From contig NW_008806284.1 of assembly GCF_000400465.1 (NCBI RefSeq), positions 20,001 to 268,000 on the forward strand: 248,000 nt of DNA, read 5' to 3'. Below the pieces are notes generated by a model that saw nothing but the letters and a program-made list of their open reading frames with translations, did no database searches and was not told the DNA's origin. This stretch comes from Wallemia ichthyophaga EXF-994 (lineage: Eukaryota > Fungi > Basidiomycota). Shown here in pieces: positions 163,801 to 179,899 of the stretch; the first letter of the stretch is position 1; every line of letters begins with the position of its first letter. The position numbers and the translations under genes were made by a program.

Positions 163801-165877
163801 ACGTGTGGAAAATACTCTCGCACTACCGTCATTGATGCACACAATAAACCAGAATTCGAAAGGGTGTTGCAGGTACTAGAATGGGCCAATGTGAGGGGTA
163901 TGAGTCAATGTCAACAGATGTATTATATCAAGAGAACACTCGAATGGTTCGACGCGGTAGCTGACTTGAGTGCTGTAAAGTATGCACAACAAGTAGACGC
164001 CCTTCTTCAGGAATCTGTAATGCTGCAGCTCGATTTTCACCCTCAGGTCGATCTGCTCAAGGTGCTGAAAGCATCAGGTTTCACATGGCGCTCAAAGGCC
164101 CTCAAATTGTGCTCTCACGTCGCCATCTCTCCAGAGGAAGTCCAGAAGTTGCTCAATGAAAACGAGATTAAAGACGAAAATCTGGAAGCAGATTTCGAGC
164201 GGATGATGGTGTTTAATGGTCATGTGCGTAACGCTCTCGATCATAATGTCGACAGCCTTAGCCATGATGGAGCCTTCTTGGAAAATGCCAAGACGGAGCT
164301 CGAATTCGTTAAGAAATATCGTTTCAAAGTGAAGAACTACAAGAATTTCGACATGCTGATGAAGCTCTATGAGACGTTTATACGGAAATTGAGCAACGCA
164401 CTGCGCATCGATCTCGTTGGTTTTGACGAGCTGAAGTTGGAGAAGCAGGCACAGTTCGAGATAGAGAAGGTAAGTATGATTGGGAAAGATGCTTATCGTT
164501 TCTGACTGTTTGATCACAGTTACATAAACGACTACTCGAGCGCACTAACACTGCAGATGGCACCGAACGCATGTGTGTGTGTAGAGCAGAGAAGACCAAC
164601 GTAAACGAAAGTGATGATAATGTGATGGATTGTAATACCTGCGGTGTGGCTTTCCACAAGGCTTGTCTGCCAGATGGGCACTTAGCAGCACAGACAAATG
164701 ACACATTCGATTGTCTGGTTTGCAAACCGGTTGTCAAAACAATTGACCAGGACGACCTTCCTAATTACAAGCAACTCGCATCGATCAGAAAGAACAGCAT
164801 CGATGGCTACTACGACAAAGTCAGAGTACGTACCGTACCTGTGAAGTGTTTAGTCGATATTTATGAAAGGTGTGAGGGCGACGGTTATATAAAGATGCTA
164901 GGGGAAGCTTCTGCCTCGGAAGATATTGGAGTCTTGCGCAATACCGCTCTTACGCTTTTAGGACTCGGTGTCACATTCGAAGGCTTCGACCCAGCTGTGT
165001 TGATAGACAAGATCCACACTCTCAGCGCGGGTAAGAAGAGGAAGTCAGAGGTGAATGCAAATGGCTTTGATGACCCATGGGCAAGGACGCAAGGACGCAC
165101 GCGCAGACCCAAGTTTCTCTTCCATCAAGATCCACCAACGGTGAACGAAGCGGATGACAAAGGCATAGTGAAGCATTGTATATGCCAGAAATTCAAGGAC
165201 AAAGTACAAAATCAGATTAGTACAATGATTTTGGGATGCGATAGATGTAAGAATTGGTTCCACGTTGAGTGTATGGGCGGCGCCCATCAGCTGGAGAGGC
165301 TCTCTGGTCAGAAATTCAATTGTCCGTGCTGCTCGCTCAAGTTTGGTAGATCGTTCCAGTTTATTCCAGTGTTAGTACAGGATCAGGGTAAGTAATGTGG
165401 TGCTGCGTGTAGATAGAAAAGCCTAACACACAAGCAGTCGACATTGGTAGCAGCATATACGTCGATATTGGCCAGACTGTGAAAGCATTAAACCATCTAG
165501 TCAAGTTCGAGGCTGCGCCAAAATTGGTGGATGAAACCGTTATCGTGTTGCATCTGCATAAGTTTATTATAGGTGCAATTGAGCTGCCTACTCAGAGCAA
165601 CGTTTCAAACAAGAGCGCTATGAGCACGCCGGATTCTACCGTGGACGGTGTTAAGAGGAGAAAAATCAAGGAAGAGCCTGATCAGCAGGAACAGCAGGAA
165701 CAACAGGAGCAGCAGGAAGAGCTAGAACAAGAAGAAGAAGAAAATCAGGAACAACAAGAGCAGCAACAGGAACAGCAATCAGCAGCACGTACAACACGCA
165801 TCGGTAAAATCACAGGATGGCACCCTGCTGGTGATAACAGCGATATGGGAAGCGTAGATATAGAAATCTCAGTATAA
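160840..165877 (+). CDS. KDM5/JARID1 histone demethylase
   Basis: JmjN, ARID, PHD, JmjC (WHNEDH), C5HC2, further PHDs. Confidence 0.93.
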
Positions 165878-165972
165878 AGAAAATAAATTTAAATTATTTC
165901 ACATAACTCTTGTATTTCTGTAATCTATCTTTTAGCAATTGACGTCCATCTTCAAAGTCACAGGAGATATCG

Positions 165973-168841
165973 ATGGAAAGAGAAGGCGATGACGACGGCA
166001 ACGGCAGCAAATTGGATTCGGCCGATGGATCCAACAGTCCGAATCCACCACAGTCTGCGGAGCTTAGCAGTCCACCAAAGGAAGCAGACAAGGCTCCAAA
166101 GACCGACTCACACGACTCACGCGACCTCCAACAACGCGACAGCGGGATATCTCCGAAAGACCCCAGCTCTAGTCCACCGCCTTCAGACGCTGCTCGACGT
166201 GTCAAGATATATAAGCTCACTACCCAAGACTGGGTCGATCATGGCACTGGGTTTTGCACGGGAATCTACGACTCAGACCACGACGAGGCGATGCTTGTCG
166301 TTACCAACGAAGACAACCAAGATCAGGTACTCCTCAATCATCATATAAGTCCCGCCGATATATACTCGCGGCAGCAAGATACTTTGATAGTATGGACAGA
166401 GTCTGATGGCACTGACTGTGCTCTCTCTTTCCAGGAAGCTGATGGCTGTCTCGAAATGTGGGACTTCATCTCCCAGGTCCAGCGACACGTTCAGAAGGCT
166501 GATGATTATCCGTATATCATCGATTCACCCGTCCAGCGGAGACAAAAATCGAGTCAAAAACTTAACCTGCCGCCGGAACGTCCAGACTTGGGAAATTTGG
166601 AAGACGTGTGCTTCTGTATAAAGGAGTGCCTTACTAGGACCATCACCAACATGCATCAAAAAGAACGGTTCATCACTTGGCTCATTAACAATAATTACAT
166701 CGCTCAGCTTATTTCAGTTTTCAATCAAGCTGAGGACCTAGAAGCACTGAGCGAATTGCACGTACTGTGCACTATCTTCCATCAGCTATGTGAGACGTCT
166801 TCTTTACCTCGTGGATGATTACTCACACTGTCTCACAGTATCGGCAAATGATAGCGTTGTTTTTGAGTATGTCCTTTCCGATGATATATTCTTGGGCATG
166901 TGCGGTGTGTTGGAGTATGACCCTGAGTATCCTACTCTCAAAGCATCGTATCGACTCGATCTCACTACGACATCGCGATACAAAGAAGTAGTGCAGATCA
167001 ATGACCTAGGCTTGAAGTCTAAGATACATCAGACCTACCGTCTCCTATACCTCAAAGACGTAATTTTGGCGAGAACTCTAGACGACTCGACTTTCACTTT
167101 ACTCAATTCATTCGTCTATTATAACCAGATCGATATCATAAAACATATCCAAAACGATAAGGATTTCCTCGATAGGTTGTTTGGGATCTTCAGCGATTCA
167201 TCAAGTGATACTGTCGATCCGCCACCTACTTTACGTCAAGATGCAGTCTTGTTCCTTAGGGATTTATGCACGATGGGCAAAAACGTACAGATACAGACAA
167301 GGCAGGAGCTTTATAGGGCGTTAGTCAATCGAAACTTATTGAACGTTTGCAAATGGTCAATCAAGAGGAGTGAACCGATCTTGCATAATACTGGGTCAGA
167401 AATCCTAATGATCGTCATTGACAATGAGCCTAATACTGTCAGACTTTATATTCTCAACGAAGCAAATTCGACAAAGGAGAAATCCAAGGAGAATTACACA
167501 CTAATGCAGGAGATGTGCTTTAGCTTGGATAGCAGTAGAGATCTAGGATATAGGAATCAAATAGCTGAGGCTATCAGATTGCTTCTCGAGCCGCCGCTAT
167601 CTGCGTCAGAAGCTGCGTGGACAGTCGCTAAACCTAAGGCTGATCCTACGAGTGATGAGTTCCTCAGCTATTTCTATGATACATGTATCAATGGACTCTT
167701 CAAGCCACTGCTCGATATTCCTGACATATCTCTACATGAAGGTAAGTGAGGACATATTATAGTTGACGCAATCTAACTATATCAAAGCACCTCCTCAACT
167801 TGACTTTGACAAAGCCACTCTAGCGCTTGCTCTCTGCGATCTCCTGTCTTTCTTCGTCTTGAATCATCACTTCAGAGCACAATACTTTATCCTCCAAACG
167901 CCTATCTCGGCTAAGATAGTACAATTACTGCGCGTCAAGCAGAAGTATTTGAGGCTTGGTGGGTTATTTATTAAAATTACGGTCTTTGCTGATATAGTTT
168001 AGCCGCATTGCGATACCTCCGCGCTTGCGTCTCGCTCAATAATGAGTTTATAGTGCGGTACATCGATAAGCAGGACATATTCAAACCAATGCTCGATGTT
168101 GCTCTAAGAGAGGGCCGTAAGGATAACCTGATCAGCGCTTCTATTCTGGATCTTTTTGAAACAATTCGAAGAATTAATAACAGGACGATGATTAATAGTC
168201 TAGTTGGAAATCATGAGGACGATGTGAAGCAATTGATTAAATACCCCCTACTGAGTGAATTATTCACTAAATTGTACTACAGATGGGAGCAGCTCAATGA
168301 ACCAGCCCAGCCAGAGGCGTCAACGAGCACCGTGATTGATAATTCGGGCGGGTTCATTCGTGAACGAAAATCAAGTGATGCAACAGCTGAGGATGACTAC
168401 TTTAATAAGGATGACGGTGAAGATGAGGCTCGTAATTATATAAACGACGATCCTGGCGGAGGAGGATTAGGGCCAGGGTCGGGTTCGCATAAAGTAACGC
168501 ATCAATCACTTAACAACACGCCGACTGCCACGTCGACAAGTCTTGTCGATTACATGGATGAAGACGAGGAAGAGAATACACGGCCTTTACCTGAAACACC
168601 TAAAAAAGAAGAGGAGGAAGAGGAGAAGCAGGAGCAGGGAGAGAAAGAAAAGCCAGCTGAGGATCGACTTACACAAATGGAAGTGAAGCTGTCGGAGAAG
168701 AGGCAGCGCGAAGATGATGAAGATGACCAGGTTGCTCAGTTGATGCATAGTAAGAAACGACTCTCACCGAATGTTAGTGAGACTCAGACTAATGATGATA
168801 AATGTTCAACGAGTAGTTCGAATAATAGTGTCAGCAGTTAA
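165973..168841 (+). CDS. PSY2: PP4 regulatory subunit Psy2/SMEK
   Basis: RRVKIYKL..WVDHGTGFC, RQQDTLIVWTE, LEYDPEYP. Confidence 0.92.
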
Positions 168842-168901
168842 TGATTAATTCCTATAACATTTATACACATATTTATTGTCATTGCCGATATTGCCGCCAT
168901 T

Positions 168902-171292
168902 ATGTTTGATAAAATACCATTTAAGTAACTTCTAAAGCCTTTAAATGCCTTGAGCTAAAGGATTACGACATTCTTGGATCTGAAGACACCTTGTTGTTTA
169001 TGACCACCAACACGGAATGTATAAATGCTTATTCCGAGATCTACAAATATCCCAAGAGGAGGCACTTAAATCAAAACTCTCATAGTGAAAATATCGACGC
169101 CACCACTCAATCTCTCCCTTCGAAATCACAGCCGTCGACTTCGACCCACGCCGCAACCGTATCGGGAATTTCATCACCATCCAACGGCACCAAACTTAAA
169201 GACAGAGTTTTGTCTAGGCTAGCTTGGTCAAAGAGGGAGGATATACCATCACTGTTTGATGAGCGTGCTTCCGTTAAGTTCGCATTAGATAGGTGCTATG
169301 ACTGGGAGGAGAGTATTGCGATATACAAAGACAACCGCGTGGAAATCTACGGTGATCATTCAATGCCATTCAGGATGAGCAAAGAAGTCAAGTTGAGCGT
169401 CGATTTACAATCAAATGGCACCAGCGTCAGCTTGTACTCCGCCACAGATTTCTGTCTCTGTATACGCACCTCACCGCCTAAACACCATTTACCCAGACGA
169501 TACGCTGGTACTAATCTTATTTTCCTCAAATTCAAGACTATCAAGATTGCCAAGACGTGGTTATGGACAATGTGGACAATTAAGAATTCAAACAAACTTC
169601 CAAAAGAATTAGATGTCAAGCTGCCAGCTCTTGGTTCCCACGTCAGGTTCCCAATCGACTTTACTGATCACAATGATGTCAATAGCCACGCGATAGTTGC
169701 AAGATGTAGAAACATACTTACTAGAATGGACATCAGAGGTGTCACTCCAGAAAAATCTACACAAACAGGCTTCTCATTATGCTGGCGTAGAGGTAAGTTC
169801 GGTCTAGAGTGGTTGAGTAACCAAGCTACGTACGAAGAGATTCTCGTTGGTTGTTGCATGCTCCAAACTCAGGTATTTCCAAAATTGGAACTAAGAAGAC
169901 GAGCATTTGAAAAAGTTGGCATTAAATACGACGCCAACACCACACTATACCCTCCTCAACCAGTTGAAGGCCATCTCAGTAGAATAACGCTGATATCACA
170001 AAAAAGAGTAAAGACATACCTCAGTACACATGATTCTCTTATTTTCGTGCTCAAAAATACAACAGCGTCGCTGAAAGCATCACATGATGATGAGTTAGAC
170101 AAGATGCGTTGCTGTAGACAGATCAGAGAGGCTGTTGGTTTCATTGATATGGGACATATCGTATCAATTAGAAGGATTTTTGAGAGTCCAAAACGTAAAG
170201 ACGAATACCCGATCTATATCGACGACAAGCTCCACAACGGCGATAAGGTCTGGGACAAGCATGAGGAGGGTGACGAAGGAAGTGAAGAAGTGTTTGGAAA
170301 ACTATCTCAGAATGAGAAGAACGAGCTACATACAAGGAGGCAATTTGGACTGGAGTTAGTCTCTGGTCACTTTGCCAAGTTTGAAGTGAGTATCGGGAAT
170401 TTTAAGTTTCCGCATAGGCTAATCTTCAACAGGCACCCTCAGTTAAGCTTTGCTTAGAATGGATTGTAAGCTTAGGAGAGTTATGCTCGTATTGGAATAA
170501 ACGAACGAGAACAGACGCAAATCTGTTGATGGAAATATCGAATTGCGGACTAGCTGCACCTCATGCTGCAAACGCAATCAATCAACTAGTCGTACCGACG
170601 AATATACCCCATAATGATGATGACGGACCAGCTGTTGAAGATCCAGATGCCGGTGCACCGCTCCTATCACAGCTTTGGAACTGGAGTGTACTTGAGAACA
170701 TCAAACCTATAGTGAAAATCGGAAAATGCTTTATGAGGAAGTCTTTTAGAGGATCTTGGAGGTGGGAGCATTACAATCGCATGTTGCTACTTCTGACAGT
170801 TGCAATAGTGAATACATACTTATTCTTACTGCTGATGGAATGCTACATAGATGGCAGATAGCCCCACTCAATCCATCGAAAAGTAAGAAAGCCAATGAGA
170901 TACTTAATAGAAAAAAGTCTTCAATAAGTCTTTATCACGCATTCGTATTAACATCAGATGATTTGATACTCGTTAATTCCAGCGACGAGATACAGACACC
171001 AACAAAAGGGCTGCGAATGTCATCAAGGAGAGCAGCTAAAGCTCCTGATAGACTGTATGACGATGGACTTATCGCATGTGAATCTGAACCCTCAGACCTG
171101 GCATTCATGCTGTGGTGCAGACCTAAGTCGAAGAAGGCTATTGATTGCTTGGATAAGGACGCGGATAAATTCGAAGTTAGAACTAGATCAAGGTTGGAGA
171201 GGGATCACTGGTGCTGGTGTTTGGAATCAATTATTGATAGAATCTCAGAAGAAAACAATGATGTTTTTAGAAACGTTTCTGGGATTTCCTAA
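168902..171292 (+). CDS. SPO71: Spo71/Mug56-like PH-domain protein
   Basis: SLYSATDFCLC, WCRP, RTRSRLERDHWCWCL. Confidence 0.65.
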
Positions 171293-171332
171293 TGTGTTTT
171301 GTATTTGTACATTTCTTTTTAACTATACATCC

Positions 171333-174361
<3,029 letters not shown>

Positions 174362-174387
174362 TCCACACTACACCGTCATCGACGTGA

Positions 174388-174790
174388 TTAAAGCGATAGA
174401 TATAGTATAATACAAATTAATATTCCGATAAAATTAATTTGCGTGGGTGGTATAGCGCTCGTAGCATGTGAAATTGTCGTGCAGCTTGTGTTTGCGATTG
174501 AATACGTGTGCAAGCTAGCCTTCAGTTGGGTGGTGTTGTAGTAGTAACAAGTCGGTTGAGTGTGATTCTGGCATTCGGTACTTTGAAAATCTCCGCCAAC
174601 GGCGCTGCAGGCCATCTTTATAGCCTGGCGCCGTATTTCCGAATCGTTAGGCGTATACACGAAAAAGGTGCCTGTGCACCCCCTATCGCCGTCGTCGAAG
174701 CATGTAGAGCTTTCCATTTAGTGGTGCAACTGCGAACGCGTCAGCCTTATTACCGCTGCCAATTTCCTGCCTACTATCCCAGTCCCACTT
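174388..174790 (-). CDS. Small Cys-containing membrane/secreted protein
   Basis: Four Cys and hydrophobic C-terminus. Confidence 0.35.
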
Positions 174791-174880
174791 TGCGGTTTGG
174801 TGTGATGAGCAACATATAAAATGCCTGGACGAACGTAATTGATCTCAGGAACCGAATTAGAGATACAAATTTGACCGATT

Positions 174881-175684
174881 TTATATTTTCTCATAGATGC
174901 GAACGATGCAACGCGCATTCTCCAACTTGATGGGATAATCTATGCTTTCAGACAGCCTGAACCACTTGGAATCCTCGGAACACACCTTGTTCCACTTGCT
175001 CTGCAGGGTGTGATCGAGTATCATCGTCAGCGGGTACTCTCGCCCACCGCCTCCGACTTGTATATTCGATAAGCCAACGCTCTCCGCAACAACCAGCTTT
175101 GTGCCAGGCTTAGACTGCTCAGTTATCTTGTTGAGGAGCTGCAAAGTGGACTTCTTGGACTGAATAAAAAGCTCTGATATTGTAAACAGTATCGTTATCA
175201 TATCCACTCCCTCATAAGAAATACTGCTGTCACTTAAGACGTTTTTATTGAGAAATTCAACGTCTACGCCATCCTTGAATTCAGTTTGCAGCCTATTAAC
175301 CACCTTGTCCCACTTTCCAATGTCTATCAGCGAAAGCTGCACGTCGCTTAAACCAATCTCTTCTACTAGATGCTGCATTCCACTCAGCTCAGATCCTGCT
175401 CCTCCTCCGATGCTGTTAACACGCATCCCGTCTCTCAGTCCAAGCAGCCTGCTGTGTTCCTTCATCATCCTGTAGTACACAATAGCCCTCGACGGCACGT
175501 ATCTCGCCAGATACGCATCGAGATACTCGTCATTCCCAAACGCTTCCAAGTAGTTTTTGTTGTACAGGTCACGCTTCAAACATTGCAATATACTGCTGAA
175601 ATACCTGCTCGTAATCGTAGATGATGTAATTTTCTTGAACTTATCGACCAATGCTTGTTCTCGATCGGGTGATTCGGAGATCAT
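174881..175684 (-). CDS. BMT6: 25S rRNA m3U methyltransferase Bmt6-like
   Basis: KRDLYNKNYLEAFG..YLDAYLARYVPSRA, IGGGAGSE, ILFTISELF. Confidence 0.85.
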   Translation of the reverse strand: MISESPDREQALVDKFKKITSSTITSRYFSSILQCLKRDLYNKNYLEAFGNDEYLDAYLARYVPSRAIVYYRMMKEHSRLLGLRDGMRVNSIGGGAGSELSGMQHLVEEIGLSDVQLSLIDIGKWDKVVNRLQTEFKDGVDVEFLNKNVLSDSSISYEGVDMITILFTISELFIQSKKSTLQLLNKITEQSKPGTKLVVAESVGLSNIQVGGGGREYPLTMILDHTLQSKWNKVCSEDSKWFRLSESIDYPIKLENARCIVRIYEKI

Positions 175685-175898
175685 GATATATCTTGATGAT
175701 TTGAGTTAAAGGGGTAGGAATTTGCAATTCGAGGGCTTCTGAGAGTAGCATGTAAAAACTTACAGAGAGAGTAGGAAGTCTGTGACTGCGACGAACATTT
175801 GGCCGCAAAAGTTTTTCCGCGACAAAGACACAAAGTACTAAATAGGAATAAGTCTAAATGCATCGAAATATATTACAAGTATCCGAAAAATCCATAAT

Positions 175899-177670
175899 CT
175901 ATGCTGTTACTGTTTTATCCGACTGTTCGCTCTTCTCCTCCAAACCCAGCATCTCCTTCTCGCGTTGCTCATACTCTCTTATAGATTGGCTAAACTGCGA
176001 CTTCTGTCTGATCTTCTCCCCGTACTTAAACAGAATAAATGGTACCACCCCGAGCAATGCCGCTATGATTGCTATAGTGCAGCTCGTCCAGTTGAAACCC
176101 GTCATTGAGTCATACCACCGGGTGATATAAAGCGGTGTAGTTCCACCCATGAGATTTCTAAAGACATTCTGTGCAGATATAGCCGAAGACGCATAGAGTC
176201 TGTAAGCATCGCTCATGTACGCGAAGGAGGTATTGTAGATGATGTAGATACTGAACAGGATGACAGTGAGTCCTACACACTGCCCCATCCAATGGACATC
176301 CGGATAAGACGTCCATGCATAGATGAAGCATCCAACAGGGAGGCAAACACCACCCACCATAGCCAGGTACAGTCTAGCTTCCGGTGTCCTCTTTTTCTGG
176401 TAGAGTCTCTCCTGCAAAAAGTAGTTGGCAATACCGCCAAGGGCCAATCCCAATACGAATGTGATGTAAAGCAACCCGATTGAGCCAGGTGACCAATCGC
176501 GCTGTGTCTGGAATATGTGTCCGATAGAAGAAATGATAGAATAGAAAATAAACCACGCGAAACCCATCCATAGCGAAAACGCGATGACTATAGGCTCGGT
176601 GAAGAGAATGTAAATAGGTCGCGTCACAGACACTGTCATGAGTTGTTTGAAGTTTGGTCTCTCCAATTCCGATTTGGCTACATAGCGATTATCACCTGTC
176701 TTTTTGCGCAGCTTCTTTGCTTTTGCGTTAAGTACAGCAGATGCGCGTGTCTCTCCCATTGCAATGATGAAGAAAAACCATACGAATGTAGCGATGAGCT
176801 CGACGTATTCTATCCATTCGTAACCGAGGCCCTTCTCCATCATCCACGAGAAACAAAGTGGAAAAATTCCAGCCTGTTGTCTTCATTAGAACGGTTTGTT
176901 TCAACAGCTGGTTCGCACTCACACCCTGCAATGCTGACATAGAGAAAAACGACATGGGTATGCCCCTAGTCTCGTCGTCGAAAATGTCAGCAATAGATCC
177001 ACCGACGAGTGTCGAACCTGCAGTATGTTAGTTTTGGCTGTTTGTTTCGAGCCGAACATACCGGTCGACGCTGCCAAACCGCTTATTAGTCTACCCAGCA
177101 CAACTCCGGTTATGGTGGGCGACAGCGAGATAGTGATAAACATGCACATAAAGATAAAGTAGCTAACTACGTATACTCTGTATCTGCCGATTATTTCTGA
177201 AAACGGAGCCAGAAAGAGCGGTCCAAGTGCGTAGCTGGGTTTGAGGTGAGTTGTGACGCTTTGAGCTCGAAATCTCCATACCCAATAACATAAATGCTGC
177301 GTAAGAGTATTAGAGGTGCTTATCATCGTTCGTTCTCGCACTCACCCTAATCCGAGCTCGAACAAGGTGGAAGAAGTGTTGAGCTGCTCAATCAAATCAG
177401 CTTCAGCGCCAGGAGCTGCATAGCCTGAATAGTATAAATCAGATACTCTATCGCCGTTTTACAGAGCTATTTCGTACCACTAGACGCCCCGCTAACCAAA
177501 AATGAGAAGCCACATAAAGCCAGCGTTGTAAAGTACTTCCGCCTTAATCACAATCTTAGACGCCTGCTTCGAAAATCTACGTAACCCACGGCTTAGACCA
177601 GTTAAAGGGATTCTCGTGCTCCTCTAACGATACCCAAATGACCTCGCTATCCTTGCTGGCCTCATTGTCA
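175899..177670 (-). CDS. MFS DHA1 transporter
   Basis: LAPFSEIIGR, ETRASAVL, FTEPIV. Confidence 0.85.
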
Positions 177671-177826
177671 TCTTTGCTCATAGCTTGATTTGCGTTTCGT
177701 CGTAAGAATTAAACCGATGTCCCGGTGAATGTAACTATGACTGTTTCTATGACTCACCCAACCGAGCTTATTCCACTCTAGCCGAAATCGCCTTTCATAA
177801 TCACAATCAACCTAAAACGGAAGAGA

Positions 177827-179543
177827 ATGGTAGCCACCGGAATTGATCCTGGTGATGATAGCTTCAGCCGGAGTTTAAGCAGATGCAGCACAGTCCACGA
177901 TTCTACTCCGCCAGAACAGAAATCAGTCTCAAATTGGGTGGAAATCGACGACAGTGATGACCCTCAACGCTGGCCGCAGTCTGAGAAGCTCAAGGTTATG
178001 ATTGCTACAATCGGATTTTGTATTCTGGTATCAGGTGCATCCTCTTCGTTCGCTGTCGGAGTTTCAAGTATGGTCGACGATCTCCATACTTCGACAGAAT
178101 TGGGTAGCACGGCGTTGGCTATTTTCGTTATTGGCTTTGCTATAGCTCCTATGTTCTTCGCCGGGGCGTCCGAAGAGCTCGGTAGAACTCCTATGTATGC
178201 TATCACGTTTACTATCTATGGCGCTATGTTTCTACCTATAGGATTATGCAGTAGCATCACTGGCATCATTATTTCTCGCTTTATTCAGGGTCTCGCTGGT
178301 AGCTCTGGCAGCACTATGGTCGCCGGTTAGTTGGCTACCCACTCTAGAGCAACTTTTGACGCTTGGTTGCAGGAACAATATCAGATCTATATGGTAGCCA
178401 TGAAAGGGGCATCTATATGAGCTTTTTTGCCTTGAGCACAATGTCTAGTAAGTTTGACTGCAATTACAAAATTCTCAATCTCATCGATCACTAGGCACGG
178501 GTATCACACCTATGGTCTACTCATTTGTGCCACTAAAAACATCGCTCAGTGTTGCAGGTAGCTCCGGTCAAGGTGGTTGGCGCTGGATTCAGATAATACA
178601 GTGTATAGTGACAGCGTGCTACGGCATAGTCATGGTTTTGTTTCTGAAAGAGACGCGCATAAACGTCATAATGAAGAAAAAGGCTAGGAGAATGCGCAAA
178701 GAGACTGGAGATACAACAATCAAGGCACATGCAGAAGTGTTCAAGCCAACTAAGAAGGAATTACTGCAACAAAGTCTCTTCAGACCCATGCAATACTTAA
178801 CCCAAGAACCTATAGTAATCGCTTTTAGCTTCTTTATCGGATATGCCTGGGCTATCTTCTACTCTTTTATTGCCAGTATCACTCACGTCTTCCTCACTCT
178901 TTACGAAGATAACTACGGCATGAATCAGGGTACTGTAGGATACGTTTATGCTTCGATCGTAGTGGGTAGTGTGTTTGGTTTCCTCTTCAACTACTTTTTC
179001 CAGGAGAAATTTTTCTTCCAACGTTTCAACAAGAGTCGTCCCGTTGAGGCAAGACTAGGCGGTGCGATGGCATCGGGAATTATTTTTCCAATTGGTGCAT
179101 TCATATACGCATTCACTCTATACCCACACGTCCACCCAGCCGGACCTTGTGTCGGGCTGACCGTCATCCTAACAGGCATGTTTTCCATCTACCTATCATC
179201 TATGTCATATCTAGCAGACTGTTACCAAGCAAACGCCAGTAGTGCATTAGCTGCGATTGCTTTGATTCGTAACCTGACCGGAGGTGTAGTTATTCTGGTA
179301 ATAAGGCAGTGGTATGATGGGATGGGATTTGTTTGGGCTGGTTTACTTATTAGCCTTCTGGCTGTAGTGTTTGCTACAGTACCCATAGCGCTCTTCTTCT
179401 TTGGCAAACAATTGCGAATGAGGTCGAAATTCGCTCAGGAGATAGCAAAGATGTTGGAGGACGAGCGACTTGCAGTAAAGCAGGAGCAATTCAGTGAGAA
179501 CCCCGTTGAGATAGACAGACGCACGTCTATACAGCAGGTGTAA
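177827..179543 (+). CDS. MFS DHA1 transporter
   Basis: DDPQRWP, SEELGR, GGWRWIQ, KETRINVI. Confidence 0.88.
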
Positions 179544-179899
179544 GGGTACATCTGTATATTTTGGATTATTTGGATTATTTTCGGATCATTTACAGCATTT
179601 TTCACCTCATTTAGAGCATTTTTCCACATTTTTCGCACTTTTCAAGAATCAGCCAATTGCATTTACATAAATTCAAGCATTGTAAAATACATTTTGATGA
179701 AATTAACGCGTTTTTTTACGCGACTTGTGCTGAGTCAATTCAAACCTTATCGTTAAAATTCGGTAGGGTATCCGAGTGAGAAGATAAAAATAGATTGTTT
179801 ATCTGGCGACGTCTACAAAGAACTTGTCAAAGATCCTTAATCACAATTAATTCTTCTACTTCACGCGTCCATCACCTAAACGCTCCTAGCGAGCTAAGC

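Noticed and set aside
174735-174860. TGATGA plus an rRNA-like tract as a possible snoRNA
   Set aside because: No matching box D and antisense guide on the same strand.
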